A stretch of DNA of 32,000 bases from Candidatus Electronema halotolerans (GTDB taxonomy: Bacteria > Desulfobacterota > Desulfobulbia > Desulfobulbales > Desulfobulbaceae): contig OW818675.1 of the NCBI GenBank assembly GCA_942493095.1, positions 120,001 to 152,000 on the forward strand, read 5' to 3'. Position numbers and translations under genes: made by a program. Shown here one piece after another: positions 8,244-16,106 of this stretch (its first letter is position 1; each line of letters begins with the position of its first letter). A model generated the notes under the pieces. That model worked only from the letters and a program-made list of their open reading frames with translations. It had not been told where the DNA came from and ran no database searches.

Positions 8244-9941
8244 CTATTCCTGCTCCTTCATCTGGCGCAGTTGCTCAAGGCAATGCTGCTCGCGCAGGGG
8301 CATGGAAAGCTGGCGGTACATATCCGCCGCCTTTTGCCAGCATTCTTCCGCCTGCGGAAACTGCTGTTGCGCCTGATGCAGCTTGGCGATACTTTCCAAG
8401 CAATCGGCCACGCATTCCGGGTTATGGGTGCGTTCATTTAGAGCCAAGAGCTGATCATAATAATGCTTGGCGGCAATGAATTCGCCGATCTTTACGGACA
8501 AGTCTCCGAAGGCTTGCAGGCAACCGGCTTCGCCGACACCTGCTCCAGCTTCTCGATACAGATGCAGGGCTTTTTTGTAACACCGCCGCGCTTTCTGAAA
8601 TTCAGAAGAATGGAAATAGACTTGGCCAAGATTAAAAAAGCAGGAAGCCACACCCATCCGCACACCTGTTTTTCGACATAATTGCAGTGCTTCTATTGCG
8701 CAACGCCGTGCTTCGTCGAATTCAGAAAGATCAAGATGCACATAAGTAAGGTTTTGCAGACAGGCGGCTTCGTCTATCAGACTACCTGTCTCCCGACTTA
8801 ACCGCAGGGCTTTTTTGTAGAAGAAATGCGCTTTCTGAAATTCAGAAAGACGTTGATGCACAGAACCAATGGCCTGTAATGCAACAATCTCACCTGATTT
8901 ATCGCCTGTTTCTTGGCATAACTGCAATAATTCCTCGTAACACAGCAGTGTTTCTTGATATTCCAAATGACTATAATGCACCTGGCCAAGCAGCAAGAGG
9001 CAGTTTGCTTTACTCTCCTGATCGCCTGTTTCCAGAGATAGCTGCAAGACCTCTTTAACATACTGCTTGGCCTCCAAGAAATTGGAGAGCCAACAATGCG
9101 CGATGCCAATCTGAAATAAGCTTCGGATTTCTTGTTTCTTATTGCCCGCTTTTCGGCTTACCTGCAAGGCTTGTTCATAGCACCGTTGGCCTTCTTGGTA
9201 TTCGCAAAGAGCTACATGCACGCGGCCAAGCTGTAAAAAATAGCTGATGATTAACTGATCATCGCAATTAGTTACATCTGCGAGGTCGATTTTTTGCAAA
9301 GTCTGCTTGGCATCATGGAAACTTCCCGATGGAAAGACCTTCATTTTGGCTTGATTGAGCCAAAAATAGTATATCGCTTTTTTAGGCAAGCGGTTCAGTC
9401 GCACATGTTCCTGCACGGCTCGCAGCAAACTTTCCACTTTATCAAAAGGAAAATTGGAAGGTTTGAACCATTCAGTACATGTATCATGGAAGGCCCTCGC
9501 TCCATCATCGGGATATGCTATCAACTGATGATATACTGTTTCAATCCGCCACGTTATGTCATTCTGATCTTGCTTTTTGCAATACACAAAAGCACGGCAG
9601 GAGATTTCCCGGTACAACGCCTCATCTTCCTGCCAGAGCTTTTCTTGTAGCAGCTTGCGGCTGCGCTCATGGACATTGAACCGCCCTTCGCCGGGATACG
9701 GCTCAATGTACGACAGACCGGTGAGTTCGGCAAACTGTGCCTCATCCAAGGGCTGGTCCAGCAGGACGTTGAGAAAGGCGCGGTCAAAGAAACGCGGCAC
9801 AACGGCTGCCTGCACAGCGGCCCGCAGCGGCTCCGGCAGCCGCTCCAGCGTGAAGTGCATCAGCAACCGCTCGCGCTCGTCCTGATTTCCGCAGGCTTGC
9901 AGCTGCTCCAGCAGGACTTGATGAGCAGAAAATTCAGTCAT
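8244..9941 (-). CDS. TPR-repeat protein with a helical, winged-helix-like N-terminal region; proposed sensor half of a split STAND NTPase, 565 aa
   Basis: The ATG lies 6 nt after the stop of the upstream NTPase gene. The N-terminal ~230 aa are helical (..RFFDRAFLNVLLDQPLDEAQFAELTGLSYIEPYPGEGRFNVHERSRKLL.., a pattern seen after the NTPase domain of STAND proteins). About 8 consecutive 40-aa TPR-like units follow (e.g. LSEFQKAHFFYKKALRLSRETG, SSEFQKARRCYKKALHLYREAG). Confidence 0.8.
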   Translation of the reverse strand: MTEFSAHQVLLEQLQACGNQDERERLLMHFTLERLPEPLRAAVQAAVVPRFFDRAFLNVLLDQPLDEAQFAELTGLSYIEPYPGEGRFNVHERSRKLLQEKLWQEDEALYREISCRAFVYCKKQDQNDITWRIETVYHQLIAYPDDGARAFHDTCTEWFKPSNFPFDKVESLLRAVQEHVRLNRLPKKAIYYFWLNQAKMKVFPSGSFHDAKQTLQKIDLADVTNCDDQLIISYFLQLGRVHVALCEYQEGQRCYEQALQVSRKAGNKKQEIRSLFQIGIAHCWLSNFLEAKQYVKEVLQLSLETGDQESKANCLLLLGQVHYSHLEYQETLLCYEELLQLCQETGDKSGEIVALQAIGSVHQRLSEFQKAHFFYKKALRLSRETGSLIDEAACLQNLTYVHLDLSEFDEARRCAIEALQLCRKTGVRMGVASCFFNLGQVYFHSSEFQKARRCYKKALHLYREAGAGVGEAGCLQAFGDLSVKIGEFIAAKHYYDQLLALNERTHNPECVADCLESIAKLHQAQQQFPQAEECWQKAADMYRQLSMPLREQHCLEQLRQMKEQE

Positions 9942-9947
9942 AGGGAT

Positions 9948-10709
9948 TCAGCAGAGTCGGGGAAAAGTTTCGATGAAGGTGCTGATCTGGCCGGGCGAGC
10001 CTTTAGTGAAATCGCAGAGGCAGGCCAGATAATCCAGCGGATGTTCTGAAGGCACTCGGAAGCCGCGCTCCTTAATCACTGGGAGCCAGTCTTCAGGTGT
10101 CGGCACACCTTTCAATTCATACTTGCAGCAGAAGTCAACCCATTCATCGCCGGTGTCGGTGTCTGGCACCTCCTGTCCGGCGATGACGATGCGCAGCAGC
10201 TTGCAGGCGCGGGGCAGACGGACAATGACGCTTTCCAGCCAGCTTTGCAGATCAGCTCCGGCCTTTTCGTAGGTGTCCACAACCAAGAGCAGGGGCCGGT
10301 CAAACTGGCTGAGATCGCGCAGCCACGCATCAGTCAGCCAGACTAACCGCTCTTTGCGCTCCTGCTCGCTGCCGCTGCCGAGCACCACGCTGATCTGGTT
10401 GCCGCTGCCCTCAATTTGATTGCCGCTGATCTCCACGTTGTGCTGGCGGAGACATTGACTGAAGGCGGGCAGCCTGCCGGAGCGGAGACAATCGGCGGTG
10501 CGGCTGAAGACTTCGGCGGGATTGATGCCGTCCCGCTTGCAGTCCACAAAAATTTGCTGCGCATCATCCAGCGCGGTCTTGCGGCAGATTCGCAGTAAAC
10601 TGGTCTTGCCGCAGCCCGACTGGCCGACAAGGAGTAGAATAGGCACTTGGCAGAGCGGCTCCCGCAGACGGGCGAAAGCGGTTCGCTCATTTTTGTAGTT
10701 TGCCAGCAT
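9948..10709 (-). CDS. P-loop NTPase (stand-alone nucleotide-binding module, STAND/AAA_16-like), 253 aa
   Basis: Walker A is LLLVGQSGCGKTSLL and Walker B-like is RPLLLVVDTYEKA. Between them is an unusual insert, VEISGNQIEGSGNQISVVLGSGS. The start lies 9 nt after the stop of the small upstream ORF. Confidence 0.75.
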   Translation of the reverse strand: MLANYKNERTAFARLREPLCQVPILLLVGQSGCGKTSLLRICRKTALDDAQQIFVDCKRDGINPAEVFSRTADCLRSGRLPAFSQCLRQHNVEISGNQIEGSGNQISVVLGSGSEQERKERLVWLTDAWLRDLSQFDRPLLLVVDTYEKAGADLQSWLESVIVRLPRACKLLRIVIAGQEVPDTDTGDEWVDFCCKYELKGVPTPEDWLPVIKERGFRVPSEHPLDYLACLCDFTKGSPGQISTFIETFPRLC

Positions 10710-10718
10710 GGCGGCGCG

Positions 10719-10979
10719 TCAACTCATAAGCTGGTTCTTACTTCCCTCAATTTCAGCCGTATCAATCTGACCGCCGTTCGTGGCCTTGAGACTGTTCTCA
10801 TCGCCTTTGATTTTCACGCCGCTGATGCGGGTGACAGACGGCTCCTGCGTGTCCATGGCTACAGTGACACCCTCTTTGCTGACATTCACCTTTGTGCCCT
10901 TCAGCCTGTCTCGCAGAATCCAGATCACGGCTGCCGCGCCAGCGGCGATGATCAGGGCAATCAGCACGTTGTCGCTCAT
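10719..10979 (-). CDS. Small membrane-anchored protein, 86 aa (one N-terminal TM helix plus a hydrophilic tail)
   Basis: I set the start at ATG 10979-10977, preceded by AGGAGG. The longer track ORF (to 11111) would overlap the clpX 3' end. The N-terminus NVLIALIIAAGAAAVIWIL is hydrophobic. The tail is charged with I-x-G-x-x-N repeats. I recognise no family. Confidence 0.55.
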   Translation of the reverse strand: MSDNVLIALIIAAGAAAVIWILRDRLKGTKVNVSKEGVTVAMDTQEPSVTRISGVKIKGDENSLKATNGGQIDTAEIEGSKNQLMS

Positions 10980-11029
10980 ATTTCCTCCTGCTGTGCAGGG
11001 GCAGGGCAATTCATAAATTACCCATACGT

Positions 11030-12298
11030 TTAAACCGCCTTTTTGTTTTCGTCGCTGCGGATGACCTCTGGGTATTTGCCTTCGCTGATGACCTCCTCGC
11101 TGATCACGCATTCCGCCGCATGTTCATCCGAAGGCAGCTCATACATCACCTCCAGCATCGCGTTTTCCATGACCGAACGCAGACCTCTGGCCCCGGACTT
11201 GCGCTGCATGGCCTTCTTCGCGGCAGCCAGCAGGGCCTCGTCAGTGAAACGGAGGCTGATGCCTTCCAGCTCGAACAGCTTCATGTACTGTTTGGTCAGG
11301 GCGTTTTTCGGCTCCTTGAGAATGCGGATCAGGTCTTCCTCAGCCAAATCCCGCATGGGCGCAATCACTGGCAGACGGCCCACCAGCTCCGGGATCAGGC
11401 CGAACTTGAGCAGGTCTTCCGGCTGGACATCAGTCAGCAACTCGCTGTCTTCCTTGACCTTGTCCAAGGAAATTTTGGCCCCGAAGCCTATGGATTTGGT
11501 ACCAGCCCGGCGTTTGATCACCTTGTCCAAACCGACAAAGGCTCCGCCGACAATGAAGAGAATATCGCTGGTGTCAAGCCTGATCAGGTCCTGCTGCGGA
11601 TGCTTGCGCCCGCCTTTGGGCGGCACTGAAGCCACAGTGCCCTCGATCATCTTGAGCAAAGCCTGCTGCACACCCTCGCCAGACACGTCGCGGGTCAGGG
11701 ATGCGGAATCTGACTTGCGGGCGATCTTGTCGATTTCATCAATATAGATGATGCCGCGCTGGGCACGGTTGACATCATAATCCGCCGCTTGGAGCAGGCC
11801 GACCAAGATGGTCTCCACATCATCGCCGACATAACCGGCCTCGGTCAGGGTGGTGGCATCGGCAATGCTGAACGGCACATTGAGAATGCGGGCCAAGGTT
11901 TGGGCCAGCAGGGTCTTGCCGCTGCCGGTCGGGCCGATGAGGATGATGTTTGATTTCTGGATTTCGACATCATTGGCCTTGCCGCTGCGCGAGCTGATCC
12001 GCTTGTAGTGATTATGCACGGCCACGGCCAGCACCCGCTTGGCCAAATCCTGGCCAATCACATAGTCATCTAAATGAGCATGAATCTCTTTGGGCTTGAG
12101 CAGGCGGGGCGGGGCGGCAACCTCGTCTGTTTTTCCCTCCTCCACAGGCTCTTTGATCATGCCGCTGCAAATTTCCACGCAGTCATCGCAGATATAGACA
12201 TCAGGCCCTGCGATCAGCCGGGCCACCTCCGCCTCCTCCCTGCCGCAGAACGAGCAGGCGCGGGTGCCTGAGGAGCTGCCGGTCGCGTCGCCGCTCAT
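11030..12298 (-). CDS. clpX: ATP-dependent Clp protease ATP-binding subunit ClpX, 422 aa
   Basis: It has the N-terminal zinc-binding module (CSFCGR..YICDDCV), Walker [22 protein letters not shown], and the pore loop GYVG. The start overlaps the clpP stop (ATGC..TGA region 12295-12298). Confidence 0.97.
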   Translation of the reverse strand: MSGDATGSSSGTRACSFCGREEAEVARLIAGPDVYICDDCVEICSGMIKEPVEEGKTDEVAAPPRLLKPKEIHAHLDDYVIGQDLAKRVLAVAVHNHYKRISSRSGKANDVEIQKSNIILIGPTGSGKTLLAQTLARILNVPFSIADATTLTEAGYVGDDVETILVGLLQAADYDVNRAQRGIIYIDEIDKIARKSDSASLTRDVSGEGVQQALLKMIEGTVASVPPKGGRKHPQQDLIRLDTSDILFIVGGAFVGLDKVIKRRAGTKSIGFGAKISLDKVKEDSELLTDVQPEDLLKFGLIPELVGRLPVIAPMRDLAEEDLIRILKEPKNALTKQYMKLFELEGISLRFTDEALLAAAKKAMQRKSGARGLRSVMENAMLEVMYELPSDEHAAECVISEEVISEGKYPEVIRSDENKKAV

Positions 12299-12891
12299 GC
12301 TTTGGCCTCCTCCCTGCGCTCCAGCACCTTGTCGATCAGGCCGTATTCCTGGGCTTCCGCCGCTGTTTTGAAGTTGTCACGGTCAGTGTCCAGCTCAATC
12401 TGCTTGATCGGCTTGCCAGTGTGCTTGGCCAAAATTTGATTCAAATCCGCCCGCATCCGCAGAATTTCCTTGGCATGAATTTCAATGTCCGTGGCCTGGC
12501 CTTGGAAACCGCCGAGCGGCTGATGAATCATGATCCGGGAATTGGGCAGGGCGTACCGTTTGTCTGCCGCGCCAGCAGCCAAGAGCAGCGCGCCCATTGA
12601 GGCGGCCTGACCCATGCAGAGCGTGGCCACGTCGCAGCGTATGTACTGCATGGTATCGTAAATGGCCATGCCAGCAGTCACTGAGCCGCCGGGCGAGTTG
12701 ATGTAAAAGGTGATGTCCTTGTCCGGGTCGTCCGCCTCAAGAAAGAGCATCTGGGCGACAATCAGGCTGGCCACGTCATCTGTGACCGGCGTGCCGAGAA
12801 AAACAATGCGCTCCCGGAGCAGACGGGAATAAATATCAAAAGCCCGCTCGCCGCGCGGACTTTGCTCCACCACCATAGGCACAAGATTCAT
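12295..12891 (-). CDS. clpP: ATP-dependent Clp protease proteolytic subunit ClpP, 198 aa
   Basis: Conserved ClpP sequence with the catalytic Ser context GQAASMGA, the His context IMIHQP, and [11 protein letters not shown]. Confidence 0.97.
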   Translation of the reverse strand: MNLVPMVVEQSPRGERAFDIYSRLLRERIVFLGTPVTDDVASLIVAQMLFLEADDPDKDITFYINSPGGSVTAGMAIYDTMQYIRCDVATLCMGQAASMGALLLAAGAADKRYALPNSRIMIHQPLGGFQGQATDIEIHAKEILRMRADLNQILAKHTGKPIKQIELDTDRDNFKTAAEAQEYGLIDKVLERREEAKA

Positions 12892-12905
12892 AATTCAGCT
12901 CCTTC

Positions 12906-12941
12906 AAAGAAAAAGCCGGGCAGAGCAGCAGTCTGTCCGGC
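12906..12941 (-). terminator. Hairpin plus U-tract between tig and clpP (terminator or attenuator)
   Basis: The minus strand reads GCCGGACAGA-ctgctgc-TCTGCCCGGC followed by TTTTTCTTT. Confidence 0.45.
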
Positions 12942-12969
12942 TGGTTGGCAAAAAAAGAATAGTTTCAGC

Positions 12970-14298
12970 CTAAGCCGACTGCTCTTCCGCTGTCGGTTCC
13001 TCCGCTGTTGCCGCCGCCTCGGTGATTGTGGCCGCATCGAGCAGGAAACGGAGAATTTTCTCGTTCAGCAGCTCGGCGACAAAGGGCAGTATCTCCTCCC
13101 GTCGCTGAAAATACTGCTTCACTTCCGGCACGCTCATGCGGTACTGGCTGGCAATTCGCTCATAGCCGCGTTCAAGGTCCTCATCCACCAGCTTGATCTC
13201 CTCCAATTCAGCAATCTTTTTGAGGAGAAAATCACCCCGGACCCGCTTTTCCGCCAGTTCCCGGTTCTGTTCGGCCAGCTCCTCCACCTTGATGCCAGCA
13301 GTCTCCAAGCTCAGACCGTTGCGCTTGAGCCGCTCCTCAGTCTGATTGATCATCTCCTGCACCTCGTAGGCCACGGCCCGTTCCGGCACTGGGAAGGGAT
13401 TCAGCTCAATCAGCTTCTGCATCAGGCGGTCGGTCAGGGTGCCTTCAAAAGCCTCCTGCTGCTGCTGGCGCAGCTCCTCGGCAATGCCTGCCCGCAGGTC
13501 CTCCAAGGTATTGTACTTTTCATCCACGTCCTTGGCAAATTCATCATCCAAAGCAGGCTTGACCCGCTCCTTGATTTCTTTGACATCAACCTTGAATTCA
13601 ATGGTCTTGCCCGCCATGACCGGATTCGCATAGTCGCCCGGAAAAGTGGTCTCGTAAAGGGCAGACTCGCCTTTTTTCAGGCTCAAGAGCTGCTCCTCAA
13701 ACTCCGCGCCCAGCCGCTTGGCTCCGACATCAATCGAGTAATTCTCGTTATGAACCTGCTTCATCGGCTTTTCATTGTGAAAGCCCTGAAAATCAACCGT
13801 GACAATGTCGTCCTCAGCCACGACATGATCTTCCGGCGCAGTCCTGAGCACAGCGTGCTTGCGGCGCAGCTCCTCAATTCTCCGGTCAATGTCGGCATCT
13901 GTCACTTTGACGGCAGGCTTTTCAATCTCCAAGCCTTTGTATTCACTGATCTCAAAGACCGGCTTGATATCAACCAAGGCCGCATAGACAAAGGCACCGT
14001 CGTCAGCAAAAGTGGTTTCCGATATTTCAGGATGAACCACCACCTCCAGCTCCTTTTTCTCGACCGCGTCAAAATAGGTCTCCTGCACTAATTTTTCCGC
14101 CACCTCAGCCCGCACTCTGTCGCCGTAGTTCTTCTCCAAGATGGACATTGGGGCCTTGCCCTTGCGGAATCCTTTGAGATGAACATCCTTTTTCAGCTTG
14201 CTGTAGGCTTTGTCCAGCTCCTTGCGCACAGTCTCAGCAGGCACGCTGACAGTCACTTTCCGGGTCAGCTCGCTGAGTTCTTCGACTGCTATTTCCAT
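12970..14298 (-). CDS. tig: Trigger factor, 442 aa
   Basis: It has the N-terminal ribosome-binding motif (..GFRKGKAP..), a central FKBP-like PPIase region, and sits in the canonical position upstream of clpP-clpX. Confidence 0.95.
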   Translation of the reverse strand: MEIAVEELSELTRKVTVSVPAETVRKELDKAYSKLKKDVHLKGFRKGKAPMSILEKNYGDRVRAEVAEKLVQETYFDAVEKKELEVVVHPEISETTFADDGAFVYAALVDIKPVFEISEYKGLEIEKPAVKVTDADIDRRIEELRRKHAVLRTAPEDHVVAEDDIVTVDFQGFHNEKPMKQVHNENYSIDVGAKRLGAEFEEQLLSLKKGESALYETTFPGDYANPVMAGKTIEFKVDVKEIKERVKPALDDEFAKDVDEKYNTLEDLRAGIAEELRQQQQEAFEGTLTDRLMQKLIELNPFPVPERAVAYEVQEMINQTEERLKRNGLSLETAGIKVEELAEQNRELAEKRVRGDFLLKKIAELEEIKLVDEDLERGYERIASQYRMSVPEVKQYFQRREEILPFVAELLNEKILRFLLDAATITEAAATAEEPTAEEQSA

Positions 14299-14427
14299 TG
14301 ACTCAAATACCTTGGTTCGGGTTGCCTGCCCTGGGCAGAAGTTGTCTCAATAAATTCTCAATCTAAGGAGGAGCGTTTCGGTTCATGCCGCCCATTTCCT
14401 GAAAAGGGAGCGTCTTGACTGAGGAAT

Positions 14428-14511
14428 TGGTGCGAGAGGGGGGAGTTGAACCCCCACGCGCAAGGCGCTGGATCCTAAGTCCAGTGCGTCTGCCAGTTCC
14501 GCCACTCTCGC
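14428..14511 (-). tRNA. tRNA-Leu (anticodon TAG), long variable arm
   Basis: The reverse complement is GCGAGAGTGGCGGAACTGGCAGACGCACTGGACTTAGGATCCAGCGCCTTGCGCGTGGGGGTTCAACTCCCCCCTCTCGCACCA. The anticodon arm is CTGGA-CTTAGGA-TCCAG, and CCA is encoded. Confidence 0.9.
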
Positions 14512-14709
14512 GTTAATTGAGTAGTATTAATCAATGAACAGCTCTTCGTCAAGGGAGAGACGGTAAAAAAAAGACGATCTGCCGTCCAGAGCCTTGTCTT
14601 TTCCATCTGTTGCACGGTCGGCGGAATTCCGACAGAGTCCCGCAAAATTTTCTTGCCTTTCCTGCGGAGGCGAGGTAAGTTTTAGAAACTTGTAAAACTT
14701 GCACACGGA

Positions 14710-15219
14710 ATGGACAGGGACGGACAGCAACAAGTGGCTGAAGCCCGGCTGCGGCTGACAGAGACTGGAGCGCGAATATCGCAGGAGCTGGGCGGCGGTC
14801 GGATTGTCGGGCAGGTGCTGGTTCATCTCTATCTGCAACCGGAGGCGCAATCTTTAGACAGCATTGGCGAGGCCCTGGCCTTGAGCAAAGCCTCTATCAG
14901 CATTGCGGTCCGCCAGCTAGAGCGGCTTGGTTTTGTCCGCCAAGTCTGGATCACCGGCGACCGAAAAAAATATTATCGCAGCGCGGACAATATCGGCAGC
15001 AGCATCCAGCAGGGCCTGCTCTCCCTTCTGCGCCAGAAAATTGATCTTTTTGGAGCAGAGTTAGACAGCGCGCTCTGTCTGCTGGATAATGAGCAGACAG
15101 GCAGGGCGGATATGAATTTTCTCCGGCAGCGTATAGGCAGAGCAAAAAAACTGCAAAGCATTGTGCATAAACTGCTCGGCAGTCCTTTGGTCAGTTTTTT
15201 GGCGAAAAATATCAAATAA
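14710..15219 (+). CDS. Winged-helix transcriptional regulator (GbsR/MarR-like), 169 aa
   Basis: ..GRIVGQVLVHLYLQPEAQSLDSIGEALALSKASISIAVRQLERLGFVRQV.. is a typical HTH plus wing pattern of the GbsR/MarR group. It is the first plus-strand gene ahead of wzm. Confidence 0.6.
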   Translation: MDRDGQQQVAEARLRLTETGARISQELGGGRIVGQVLVHLYLQPEAQSLDSIGEALALSKASISIAVRQLERLGFVRQVWITGDRKKYYRSADNIGSSIQQGLLSLLRQKIDLFGAELDSALCLLDNEQTGRADMNFLRQRIGRAKKLQSIVHKLLGSPLVSFLAKNIK

Positions 15220-15224
15220 GCAGG

Positions 15225-16091
15225 ATGATGCAACAGGCGGCAGGAACGGACACAGCACAATGGGACTTTATTATCAAGCCGAAAACCGGCTGGTTTGATA
15301 TTGACTTGAAGGAGCTGTGGCGTTATCGTGATTTGATCACCATGTTTGTCATGCGTGACTTCGTCACTGTCTATAAACAGACGATTTTAGGGCCGCTGTG
15401 GTATATCATTCAGCCGCTGTTCACTACAGTTGTTTTCACCATTATTTTTGGCAAGGTGGCCAAAATTTCCACAGACTCGCTGCCGCCTTTCCTCTTTTAT
15501 CTGTCAGGCAATGTGATCTGGGGCTATTTCGCCTCCACCCTGAGCTCGACTTCCAACACCTTCAACAACAACGCGTATATATTTGGCAAAGTTTATTTTC
15601 CACGCCTGACTGTGCCTCTGGCGACCGTGCTTGTCAATTTTTTGCAATTTTTTATCCAGCTATTCCTGTTTCTTGGTTTTTACCTGTATTTTCACCTGCA
15701 CGGTGCGCCAGTGCAGCCGACTCGCTGGCTGTTGCTTCTGCCCCTGCTGATGGTGCAGATGGCCTTGCTCAGTCTGGGACTTGGCGTTCTCTTTTCATCC
15801 ATGACCACCAAGTATAAAGACCTTCGTTTTGCCATGAGTTTTTTGGTGCAGCTCTGGATGTATGCAACCCCAGTGGTTTATCCCCTCAGTCAGATACCGG
15901 ATTGGCTGCTGCCTTGGTATGCGCTGAATCCAATGGCTGCAATCGTTGAAAGTTTCCGTTTCATGTTTTTTGGAGTCAGCTCAGTGCAATGGAGTCAAAT
16001 CGGCATAAGTTGGCTGGTCACTGTGTTGCTCTTGTTTGCAGGCGTGATGCTGTTCAGCAGGATTGAAAAAACATTCATGGACACAGTCTAA
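15225..16091 (+). CDS. wzm: ABC-2 type polysaccharide export permease (Wzm-like), 288 aa
   Basis: The N-terminal motif is LWRYRDLITMFVMRDFVTVYKQTILGPLWYIIQPL, and about 6 hydrophobic segments follow. It is directly followed by the cognate ATPase. Confidence 0.85.
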   Translation: MMQQAAGTDTAQWDFIIKPKTGWFDIDLKELWRYRDLITMFVMRDFVTVYKQTILGPLWYIIQPLFTTVVFTIIFGKVAKISTDSLPPFLFYLSGNVIWGYFASTLSSTSNTFNNNAYIFGKVYFPRLTVPLATVLVNFLQFFIQLFLFLGFYLYFHLHGAPVQPTRWLLLLPLLMVQMALLSLGLGVLFSSMTTKYKDLRFAMSFLVQLWMYATPVVYPLSQIPDWLLPWYALNPMAAIVESFRFMFFGVSSVQWSQIGISWLVTVLLLFAGVMLFSRIEKTFMDTV

Positions 16092-16106
16092 AACAATGCA
16101 ATTGTC

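Noticed and set aside
10980-11111. Upstream extension of the small membrane-protein ORF (track 10719-11111)
   Set aside because: It would overlap the last 27 codons of clpX in another frame. The internal ATG at 10979 has a strong AGGAGG site, and the product then begins directly with the TM helix.
11043-11747. 234-aa plus-strand ORF (and 11120-11629)
   Set aside because: It is antisense to clpX and has Ser/Leu/Arg-rich, non-homologous sequence.
12862-14091. 409-aa plus-strand ORF
   Set aside because: It is antisense to tig and the clpP 5' end. Its Leu/Gln/His-rich shadow translation reflects the Glu/Lys/Leu-rich trigger factor codons.
15398-15817. 139-aa alternative-frame ORF inside wzm, and 15981-16283 (-)
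   Set aside because: It is out of frame with, or antisense to, the well-supported wzm/wzt genes.
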